Positions 10,329 to 17,952 of a stretch of DNA of 36,632 bases are shown here, piece after piece (positions within the stretch are counted from its first letter, which is position 1; each line of letters opens with the position of its first letter). Source of the DNA: Thermostichus sp. DRC_bins_24. GTDB lineage: Bacteria > Cyanobacteriota > Cyanobacteriia > Thermostichales > Thermostichaceae. Both the position numbers and the translations under genes were made by a program. The DNA is taken from contig JAUQVK010000015.1 in NCBI GenBank assembly GCA_039794845.1, forward strand, positions 1-36,632. The letters run 5' to 3'. The notes beneath the pieces are model-generated. The model did no database searches, was not told the DNA's origin, and was given only the letters and a program-made list of their open reading frames with translations.

Positions 10329-10842
10329 TTGCCATTGTCATGGGCAGCGTTTGTGGCCTGCTTCTGACCTGCCGACCCTGGCAGCGGCGGCACAAGTGTG
10401 CGACCAATTCGGGATCCCCTACCAGGTCCAGATCCTCAGCGCCCACCGTACCCCTGAGGCGATGCTGGAGTTTGCCCGTTCTGCCCATACCCAAGGGATC
10501 CGCGTCATTATTGCCGGGGCGGGTGGGGCGGCCCATTTGCCGGGGATGGTGGCGGCCTTAACCCCCCTGCCGGTGATCGGGGTGCCGGTGGTCAGCAAAC
10601 ATCTGCAGGGGGTGGATTCTCTCTACTCAATTGTGCAAATGCCGCGAGGGATCCCGGTGGCAACCGTTGCCATCGGCAATGGACAAAATGCCGGGCTGTT
10701 GGCGGTGCAGATCTTGGCGAGCGCGGATCCCGACCTACTCCAGCAGGTGATCGCCTACCGGGAAAGATTAAAACAATCGGTGCAGCAGAAAAACACCCAG
10801 CTACAAGCCCAGGGGTGGAAAGCCTATCTCGAAGGCCGGTGA
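10307..10842 (+). pseudogene. purE: N5-CAIR mutase PurE, frameshifted as given by an apparent 11-bp insertion at 10349-10359
   Basis: Frame 1 gives [14 protein letters not shown]. The sequence continues in another frame as ASDLPTL...SAHRTPE...[15 protein letters not shown]...[14 protein letters not shown]. Removing GTTTGTGGCCT restores one continuous ORF. Confidence 0.85.
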
Positions 10843-10944
10843 AGGCGGGGGCAGAAGGGGTTCTGGGTGGCTCCTACATTGCGGGAACTGCAGGACCCGG
10901 AGATAAGTAAATAACCTATAGTAAACAACGCTGGAAAAGGCTGT

Positions 10945-11012
10945 AACCACTGACTCTGATATCGGACGAAAAGTAGGCAACCACTGACTCTGATATCGGA
11001 CGAAAAGTAGGC
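10945..11012. repeat. Perfect 34-bp tandem duplication
   Basis: AACCACTGACTCTGATATCGGACGAAAAGTAGGC occurs at 10945-10978 and 10979-11012. Confidence 0.95.
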
Positions 11013-11057
11013 AGCAATAATGGTGGCTCCAGCCAGTAGGGCTGCTTTACGTTGCAT
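11010..11057 (-). pseudogene. 5' stub of a membrane protein gene (possibly MerT-like metal transporter), truncated
   Basis: GAAGGA Shine-Dalgarno and ATG 11057 overlap the merR 3' end. Reads MQRKAALLAGATIIAA (hydrophobic), then runs into the 34-bp duplication. The family assignment rests on context only. Confidence 0.35.
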
Positions 11058-11514
11058 AATTTCCTTCAGTGCTACTTGTCTCGCTTGATTGCTCAATCAG
11101 TCCACAAATCTTCCCATCATAATAGGCTTCCGTTGTGATGTCGGATGTATCGGGAAGCAAAGTTTCTATTGCCTCATATCGGCTAGCTAATTCTTGGCGA
11201 AGCGCTAGCATGTCACGAATCTTTTGGTCTAGTTCATCGAGATGTTGCTTTACCATACGTTTGAGATTTGAACAGGGAGGTGCCCCACTCGTCCTAATCT
11301 CAATCAGTTGTTTGATTTCATCCAGTGATAGCCCAAACTGTTTGGCCTTTTGAATGAAGCGCAGTCGTTCTTCCTCATCTGCTCCATATAGGCGATACCG
11401 GGATCCAGTCCGTTTGGGTGGGTTAAGCAGTCCCACCCGCTCGTAATACCGAATAGTCTGAGTCGAGAGATGCAATCGCTGACTTAGCTCACCGATCAAT
11501 AAACTTTTTTTCAT
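11047..11514 (-). CDS. MerR-family heavy-metal-responsive transcriptional regulator
   Basis: IGEL...TIRYYERVGLL...YRLY...RLRFIQKAKQFGLSLDEIKQL HTH, plus Cys in PPC and KICGLIE. Confidence 0.92.
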   Translation of the reverse strand: MKKSLLIGELSQRLHLSTQTIRYYERVGLLNPPKRTGSRYRLYGADEEERLRFIQKAKQFGLSLDEIKQLIEIRTSGAPPCSNLKRMVKQHLDELDQKIRDMLALRQELASRYEAIETLLPDTSDITTEAYYDGKICGLIEQSSETSSTEGNYAT

Positions 11515-11567
11515 GGTCAAACAAAGACTCAATGGTAGGAGGGAAAAACCTCTCCCATGCTCCTACT

Positions 11568-11843
11568 CTATTTTTGTCCAAGGCCAGCAGCCAACAGTGC
11601 TTCACGAGAAATCGGCTGTTGATTTTGACAACATTCTGCTAGCTTACCGTTAACTACAACCGCCGGAACACGATGAATTCCGTACTGAATTGCTTTCTCA
11701 TGGCATTCATTGGTTACACATCCTTCACGCAAATCCCATATCTGAATTTCACAGTTGTCACACGCTAACTCTCTCACAAGGTTGACGGTTTCATCACATA
11801 ACGGGCAACCTGCTGTGAAAACCTCGACCAAACGCTTCATCAT
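11568..11843 (-). CDS. Small thioredoxin/glutaredoxin-fold protein, Cys-rich
   Basis: VEVFTAGCPLC (CxxC), YGIHRVPAVVVNG, ECC. Strong AAGGAG RBS upstream. Confidence 0.85.
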   Translation of the reverse strand: MMKRLVEVFTAGCPLCDETVNLVRELACDNCEIQIWDLREGCVTNECHEKAIQYGIHRVPAVVVNGKLAECCQNQQPISREALLAAGLGQK

Positions 11844-11887
11844 CTTAGATGTCTCCTTTTCACCCTTTCGCTAATTGGCTAGCACAG

Positions 11888-12052
11888 TACAGTCCCTTCG
11901 CTCGTTACAGACAACAACGGTGGAAGTTGAGATCTACCCTCGGGAGGAATGGCCCTCCGGGCCCCGTGTAACGGGATGGTGCTCCGCACCTCGCACAGCG
12001 AGAACAGGAAGAAGTCTAGGTCCTGTCGTAGAAAACCCGCGCAAGAGCTGTA
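11888..12052. mobile_element. Copy 1 of a TA-ended, TIR-bounded structured non-coding element (MITE-like)
   Basis: Ends are TACAGTCCCTT and CAAGAGCTGTA. Shares GTGGAAGTTGAGATCTA, GCCCTCCGG and CGTAGAAAACCCG with copy 3, and GTTACAGACAACAAC and CGCACCTCGCA-AGCGAGAA with copy 2. Confidence 0.7.
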
Positions 12053-12064
12053 AGTGCTGGCTTC

Positions 12065-12096
12065 AGCATAAACCTTATACCTAACTTCAAAGTCAA
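12065..12096 (-). promoter_or_regulatory. MerR-type promoter/operator for the redoxin-merR operon
   Basis: The minus strand reads TTGACT-N20-TATGCT, with an imperfect dyad ACTTTG...TAAGGT between the hexamers. The elongated 19-20 bp spacer is the hallmark of MerR-activated promoters. Confidence 0.75.
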
Positions 12097-12328
12097 CCTG
12101 TGTTGGGGAGCAACATGCCTACGGCACCCTTTTGCTCTGCATCGCTCGCCCACTTCTGGCGGGGTGAAGGCTGCAACAGCGGGAACCGCATGGCCCGGAT
12201 AGCTGGAGAAGCTAACGCTGGAACCTAGCGAATGCCCGCAGAGGATGTCAAGCTAAAAGAACATTGAGTTGTCTTGCCACGCTACGATTCAATGGCTTAG
12301 CGGGATAGAGTTCTGGGAGTTGCCATCA

Positions 12329-13123
12329 GTGAAGGATCAATCGGGTCGCCCTTCTTCCGGTCAGGGATCCTGGCAAGACTATCTGCGGCGGGTACAGCAG
12401 GGGGCAGCAGAAATGGGATCCCGGGTTGCCTTGTTGGTGCTGGCAGCTTTGCGGGGGCCGAAAGGTCACTGGGGAGTTTTGGGCCTATCGGGATTGGCGT
12501 TGGTGGGGCTGGCCTTTTGGAATTGGCGGTTGGCCCTCTCTTTGTTGATCGGCACCTGGGTGATGCTGGGGCTGTATGCGATGCGCAGCCGCGATTGGGC
12601 GCAGCGCTGGCAAGACCTTCAGGCCTGGTTTCGGCGGGGGGATCGCTCACTTTTGCTGGCGGTTGGGTCAGGGGCCGCTGCCACCCTCGGCACTTACACC
12701 ATCGTCTCCATCTGGGCTGAATCGAGCCAACGTTGGCTGGCCACCGGCGCTATTTTGCAGGGATTGGCCACCTTGGCCTTGTTGTCGGTGCTGTTTTGGG
12801 AATGGCTCCATCGCCGGCAAGAACGGCAACGTTCGCAGTTTGAGCGCGATCTCAGCGATATTGCCTCTCCCGACTCCTTCAAGCGGCTGGTGGGGGTGCG
12901 TCGGCTACAGAGTTTGATGCCCACCCTCGATGCTGATCAAACCCGCCTGGCGGTAGATTACCTGCGCTTGGCCCTGGATCAAGAAACAGTGGCGATTGTG
13001 CGCGAAGCCCTCCTCGAAGCCCTACAGGGGTGGGGGATCCTGCGCCGCCTCAACGATTTAACCGATCTCAAGCGCCCCGAACCGAGCGGGGATCCCTCCT
13101 CGAACTTGAATCGCAATGCTTGA
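12329..13123 (+). CDS. Hypothetical membrane protein with a C-terminal helical (HEAT-like) domain
   Basis: About four hydrophobic segments, then DSFKRLVGVRRL...ETVAIVREALLEALQ. Start uncertain (12329 or 12413). Confidence 0.6.
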   Translation: MKDQSGRPSSGQGSWQDYLRRVQQGAAEMGSRVALLVLAALRGPKGHWGVLGLSGLALVGLAFWNWRLALSLLIGTWVMLGLYAMRSRDWAQRWQDLQAWFRRGDRSLLLAVGSGAAATLGTYTIVSIWAESSQRWLATGAILQGLATLALLSVLFWEWLHRRQERQRSQFERDLSDIASPDSFKRLVGVRRLQSLMPTLDADQTRLAVDYLRLALDQETVAIVREALLEALQGWGILRRLNDLTDLKRPEPSGDPSSNLNRNA

Positions 13124-13209
13124 CCACAGGTAAATCAATTAAGTAAATCAATTAAATCGATCTAATAAACCAATCACGGGTTAATTGCCGCCGACTGCAG
13201 CCGACAGGC

Positions 13210-16200
13210 TCAAGGCCCAAGGCTATCCAAACTAAAGGCACCGCCCGGCGTGGTCAGCTGAAAATCCCCTCGCTCTTGGGTGAGGCCCACCGGGCGACTG
13301 GGGAAGGCCACCAGGATCCCTTCGAGGCGCAACAGCTCCGCCGTCGGGTCGTAGGCCAGGCGCAGCTCAAAATCCCGCAGGTCGCGGCGCACCTCCACAC
13401 GGCGGATCCCTTCTTCCGTCAGGCCCAGACGAAAACGCCAGTGATTTTGCCATTGCGTCCCAATGGTGGCATCCAGATCCACACCGTAGGTGGAAATCTC
13501 TCCCAGCTTCGGATCGTAGATGGCCTGGAGCGAGTAGCTGATGCCAGGCTCGTATACATCCAGACCGGAGCGTTGATCGCGGTTGAAGGTGGTGCTGCTG
13601 CGTCCGCGGTACTGCAAACGAACGGGCCGCAGCTCTCCTTCGTTCAGGTCATAGGAGGTCTGCAACTGAATACTAAACAGATCGGGGGTGGTGTTCCAGG
13701 TGAAATTGGCGTTGACCACATCCCACTTCTGGTTGATGAAGTCATAGCCCGCAGTGGTGTCGAGGCGCAGCAGATTTCTCACCTCCGCCTGCAACTCCTC
13801 CAGGTTGCGGCTGGCAATCGCCTCCAAATCCTCCTGGGTGTCATCCGGGAAGGTCAGGGCTATCGGCAGCTCACCGGGCAGGTCATCTTCAAAGGCAATG
13901 TAGCCAGGGGGCACGTTGGGCAACAGATCCCGCGGGGTAAAGAAGCTGATGTTGGCGTTGATGCGATCCACATCTTTGGGGCTGGAAGAAAGAGTTTGGA
14001 AGGGCACCGAATTGTTGCCGTAGAAGGTGCGGCTGTAGCGCAGGTCGATGGTGTTCCAATCGGCGGGTCTAAGGCTGAGGCGGGGGTTGAGGCTGACGGT
14101 GGATTCTTGATCAGGGGTGGAGTAAAGCACCTGGCTGTAGTCGATGGAGCCGGGCATAAACGTCACCCAACGGGCCGGCTGAATGTCGTTAAACCGCAGG
14201 CTGGAGCGCAGCTCGTAGCGATTGAAAAAGTTGAGACCCGCTCCCACCTCCCGGTCCGGTTGTTGCTCCTGAGTCAGGGTGAGGGCGTTGGTGAGGGCAA
14301 TATCCGGGGTAATGCGGATTAGGTCGGGGTTGAAGGCCAGCTCGAAGTTGCGCCGCGGCTCGTTATCGCCGTTGGAGCTGCTGTAGGCGCGGTAGTTGAG
14401 GCGGTAGGTGCCCCCCCAACCTGGCGGGGTTAGTTGGGTACCCAGGGTGAAACGAGCATCGGCAAAGTCGGGGCCATCTTTAATGCTGACCCGCTGGTTG
14501 TAGTCCAGCCGCAGATCCGATTGCAGCCAGTGGACACCCCCGTAGCGCTGGTTGTGGCTGAGGGTAAGCGGGAAGCTGTAGGTGCCCCGCTCCTGGGATC
14601 CGGTGCGGCTGATGTTCAGGGTGGTGGTGGAGAGATCCCCCTGGAAGGTGGAGTTGAGGCGGAAATCGGCGTTGTCGTTGCGTCCCCCCGCCGGACGGTA
14701 GGTGTTGTCCAGGTTGAGGTTGAGCTGGCCCCGCAGTTGCCCCTCTTGGCCGAAAATCGTGGCGGCATAAAAGTCAAAGTTGTGATCCACCCGGAAGCGG
14801 CTGGACAGGCGCTGTTGATCTGCTTCGGTGACCAAATAAAATTGCGCCCGCCCGTAGTTGACGCTGTCGGGGATGGGCAGGATGTAGTCGTGCAGAAAGC
14901 CCACCCCCAGGCCCTTTTTCTGAAGGAGATCGATGCGCAGGCCACCGAAGTTGTATTCATCGAAGCGGTAGGCCCAGCTGGACTTGACAAACACCCCCTC
15001 CGCCTCGCTCTGGCCGGGCAAAATCCACTGGTGATCTCGCAAGCTATACACAAACAGTGGAAAATAGGCGATTTGAGTACCCGCTTGTAGATCACCCTGC
15101 TCGGTTAGCTCTCCGCCGACAAATAGGCGTGCGTCGTAGACGACCACCCGGTCATCGGGGAACACCTCCACCCGATCCCCTTGTACGTAGTGGGTGATGG
15201 GGGGCTCGGGTGAAGTGGTAACGGTAGCCCTCTCAAAGAAGATCTGCTCCCCCAACAGGGCGGTGGTCTCTTCGCTGCGCACAAAGACTTTTGTGCCCGG
15301 TTCTTCCCCCGGTAAAATCACCAACGAGGTTTCAAATTGGGCCGTGCGGCTGGGGATATCCAGATCCAGGTTTTCCCCTCGGATTTGGCGTACCCCGCGT
15401 CCTTGGGAGCCAGGGGGTTGTTCCATAAGAAAGGGACCATCGCTGCGCAAGCGCCGTTCCCGCCGGTAAAACAACAGCCGGTTGCCCGTAATGCGGGTGC
15501 CATCGGAAAGCTGAATCAGAGCATTCCCCTCGGCAATGCCCAGGTCTTCCTCGGCAATGTAGCTGAGCACATCCCCATTGACGTTGATTTGATCCGGATC
15601 GAGGGGGATCTGCCGCTGGGTGGTGGCGGTGGCGGACAGTTGTTGGCGGATCTGGGATCCCTGGCTGCTAGAGCCGGGCAGGTCTTGACCGGGGGGGAGG
15701 GCGGCCCGCAGATCGGTGGAGGGGGAGGCCCCACCCAGGTCGCTCAGGAGGGGGAAACGCTCCAGCAATTCCGGGGACAACGGGGAACCCTCGGCAACTC
15801 CAAACTCCTCTGTAGGGGATCCCGTCTGTAAAAGGGGGAAATTTTCCGTCAGCTCCGGTGCCAAGGAAACCCCGCTTAAATCCAGGTTGCCGCCTGCCTG
15901 AGAGATCAACACGGGGGCAGACGCCGGAAAGTCCGGGATCCGAGTCAACTCCGCTTCTGGGCTGGGGCTTGAGTTGGGTGCACTTGTGGCCACGGGCTTA
16001 GCGGTGGATCCCGGAGTGGGGGTAAGCTGTTCCAACATCCCGCCTGAGCGCACCCAGGGCTGCTCGTCCACCCGCAGATCCGCCGCTTGGGCAGAAGGAG
16101 GTTGAACCGAGGCCAGGGTAGGAACGGAGGGAGCGGGTGTCGCCTGGGCCTGCCCTGCTGCCAGCGAGGCTGCGGTCTGTTGGGCCTGTCGTTGGGCGTG

Positions 16201-16710
16201 GGCTGCTGCCCCTTCCGCCAACAGACGTTGAAGCCGCTGCTGGTTCAGCTCTTCCGGAGTCAGCGCTTTTGCAGGAGCAGTTTCTTGCCCTCGAGGGTTA
16301 GCGGAAACGGTGGGTGCTGTAGATGGGGTAGGGACAGGCTGTGGGGAGAGGGCTGGGATCCCGGCGGTCACTACCGTGGGTGCAGGGGAAGGAACCACGG
16401 CAGGAACCGAAAGGGCAGCGGCTTGAAGGGGCTGTTGGGCTTCCGCCAAAGTCAGGGGCTCCCCCAGTAAGCTTGCTCCTGTAGGGGCGGCGGGTTCTGG
16501 GCTGGGATCCCGGCGGGCCAGTTGCAGACGTTGAGCTGGCGTTTGCATCGCCCAGAATCGCTGGTAACCCTCCATCTCCGTGGGCAAGGGCTCCAGTTGT
16601 GCAAAAACTGACTCCCCCATCACCAACCAGAGGGAGCCGCTACAACATAGGGCCAACCAGGCGGTTCTCGCCCAAGGGCCAAGGCCATCTGGGAAGCTGC
16701 AGGATTTCAC
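13210..16710 (-). CDS. lptD: LptD/OstA-like outer-membrane LPS-assembly protein with a long Pro/Ala-rich N-terminal region
   Basis: Probable GTG start at 16710 overlaps the upstream TGA. A hydrophobic signal-like segment and low-complexity linker are followed by an OstA-like segment (AEGNALIQLSDGTRITGNRLLFY), an FPLFVYSL...PGQSEAEGVFVK motif and an aromatic-rich beta-barrel region. Confidence 0.65.
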   Translation of the reverse strand: MKSCSFPDGLGPWARTAWLALCCSGSLWLVMGESVFAQLEPLPTEMEGYQRFWAMQTPAQRLQLARRDPSPEPAAPTGASLLGEPLTLAEAQQPLQAAALSVPAVVPSPAPTVVTAGIPALSPQPVPTPSTAPTVSANPRGQETAPAKALTPEELNQQRLQRLLAEGAAAHAQRQAQQTAASLAAGQAQATPAPSVPTLASVQPPSAQAADLRVDEQPWVRSGGMLEQLTPTPGSTAKPVATSAPNSSPSPEAELTRIPDFPASAPVLISQAGGNLDLSGVSLAPELTENFPLLQTGSPTEEFGVAEGSPLSPELLERFPLLSDLGGASPSTDLRAALPPGQDLPGSSSQGSQIRQQLSATATTQRQIPLDPDQINVNGDVLSYIAEEDLGIAEGNALIQLSDGTRITGNRLLFYRRERRLRSDGPFLMEQPPGSQGRGVRQIRGENLDLDIPSRTAQFETSLVILPGEEPGTKVFVRSEETTALLGEQIFFERATVTTSPEPPITHYVQGDRVEVFPDDRVVVYDARLFVGGELTEQGDLQAGTQIAYFPLFVYSLRDHQWILPGQSEAEGVFVKSSWAYRFDEYNFGGLRIDLLQKKGLGVGFLHDYILPIPDSVNYGRAQFYLVTEADQQRLSSRFRVDHNFDFYAATIFGQEGQLRGQLNLNLDNTYRPAGGRNDNADFRLNSTFQGDLSTTTLNISRTGSQERGTYSFPLTLSHNQRYGGVHWLQSDLRLDYNQRVSIKDGPDFADARFTLGTQLTPPGWGGTYRLNYRAYSSSNGDNEPRRNFELAFNPDLIRITPDIALTNALTLTQEQQPDREVGAGLNFFNRYELRSSLRFNDIQPARWVTFMPGSIDYSQVLYSTPDQESTVSLNPRLSLRPADWNTIDLRYSRTFYGNNSVPFQTLSSSPKDVDRINANISFFTPRDLLPNVPPGYIAFEDDLPGELPIALTFPDDTQEDLEAIASRNLEELQAEVRNLLRLDTTAGYDFINQKWDVVNANFTWNTTPDLFSIQLQTSYDLNEGELRPVRLQYRGRSSTTFNRDQRSGLDVYEPGISYSLQAIYDPKLGEISTYGVDLDATIGTQWQNHWRFRLGLTEEGIRRVEVRRDLRDFELRLAYDPTAELLRLEGILVAFPSRPVGLTQERGDFQLTTPGGAFSLDSLGP

Positions 16711-17885
16711 CGTAAAAACCGCCACAGTAAAGAAAAGCCCACTCCACCGAAAATCATATTTGGCAACCAGGCCGCCAGCCAAGGATCGATATGTTCCACA
16801 CGACCCATCGCCCGCCCCAGGCTCATCAGTACATAATAAATAAACACCAGAACAATCGCTAGCGCTACGCCTCCGTAGCGTCCGGTTTGCCGCACCGTTT
16901 GCAGGCCCAGGGGGGCAGCCACCAGGATGGCAAAGAAACTGGCCAGAGGAATGGCGAATTTGAGGTGATACTCCGTCAGGCAGCGGGCCACATCCGCAGA
17001 AGGGCGTTGCTCCTCCCGGTGGCGTTGGCACTGCTCCCACAGTTCCCCGGCCCGTTGTTCTTGGGGCACTTTTTCGGCGTAGATCAAGCCCACCAGCCGA
17101 TTGACGATGTGTAGCTCCATCTCTCCCACTTGGCCCTCGTAGTAGGTACGCCCCCGCTGGTCATAACGACGCACCACCACATCCCGCAGTTTCCAGGATT
17201 GTCCTACCTGCTGGGCCGTTTGGGCGGAGATCACCTGTGGGTACCGCAAATGCCCCGTTTCTGCTTTGCGATCCAAAATCACCAGATCGCGCATCAAGCC
17301 GGTTTTGGGATCGATGGAGCCGACGTGAAACCAGAGATCATCGTCTACCCGCACGATCTCTTCCGGGTTAAACAAAATCGCATCCTGGGCCAGGATCAGG
17401 TTCTTGTTCAGGGTTTTCACCTTCTGGTTGGTCTCGGGCACGATCACTTCGTTGGTAAACAGCGCCAAACCACTTACCAGCAAGCCAATACAGAGCACCG
17501 GAATAAACACTTTGCGATAGGGGATCCCGGCGGCGCGTAGGGCGATGATCTCGCTGTCGGCTCCCATTTTGCCGAGGGTGAGGAGGGTGGCAAACAGCCC
17601 CGCAATCGGGAAGGTCACCACCAAGATGGCGGGCAGGTTGAGAATGAGAATGTGCAGAATCGTCAGGGGAGGGGCCCCCTTTTTGACCAGCAGATCGGCG
17701 TAGATGAACAGCTGGTTCCCCAGCATCATCACAGTGCCCCCCGCCACCCCCAGAAAGAAGGGGCGAATCATCTCCTTAAAAAGGTAGAGCTCCAAAAAGC
17801 CCCCCCCCAACCCCAGGGATCCCCAAAAACCGCCCCTCTGGGAAGGCACCCCGCGGGGTTTGGCCTCGGCAAACTGGGTGGTCAT
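16707..17885 (-). CDS. LptF/LptG family LPS export permease
   Basis: YLFKEMIRPF, LGKMGADSEIIALRAAGI, KFAIPLASF, PWLAAWLPNMIF. Confidence 0.9.
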   Translation of the reverse strand: MTTQFAEAKPRGVPSQRGGFWGSLGLGGGFLELYLFKEMIRPFFLGVAGGTVMMLGNQLFIYADLLVKKGAPPLTILHILILNLPAILVVTFPIAGLFATLLTLGKMGADSEIIALRAAGIPYRKVFIPVLCIGLLVSGLALFTNEVIVPETNQKVKTLNKNLILAQDAILFNPEEIVRVDDDLWFHVGSIDPKTGLMRDLVILDRKAETGHLRYPQVISAQTAQQVGQSWKLRDVVVRRYDQRGRTYYEGQVGEMELHIVNRLVGLIYAEKVPQEQRAGELWEQCQRHREEQRPSADVARCLTEYHLKFAIPLASFFAILVAAPLGLQTVRQTGRYGGVALAIVLVFIYYVLMSLGRAMGRVEHIDPWLAAWLPNMIFGGVGFSLLWRFLR

Positions 17886-17952
17886 CTCACCTCCACAACC
17901 TCAAAAACACGGGGCAACGGACGGATTTCGGGCTAGGGGAGGGGATCCCCCC

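Noticed and set aside
10956..10972. CTGATATCGGACGAAA as a hammerhead ribozyme core
   Set aside because: It lacks the CUGANGA consensus and a proper stem II, and I could not build stems I and III.
10945..11012. 34-bp direct repeat as a minimal CRISPR array
   Set aside because: The two copies are directly adjacent with no spacer, and there is no CRISPR-like terminal motif.
11875..12084. 69-aa ORF (and 35911-36186) sharing the peptide LQTTTV
   Set aside because: The similarity comes from the shared non-coding repeat. Indels between copies do not preserve a frame.
13130..13155. 13-bp tandem repeat GTAAATCAATTAA x2 between convergent genes
   Set aside because: Short AT-rich slippage duplication with no evidence of function.
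13276..15831. Long plus-strand ORFs (348, 218, 164 aa) and similar antisense ORFs throughout the window
   Set aside because: Shadow ORFs on the opposite strand of real GC-rich genes, with no recognisable motifs.
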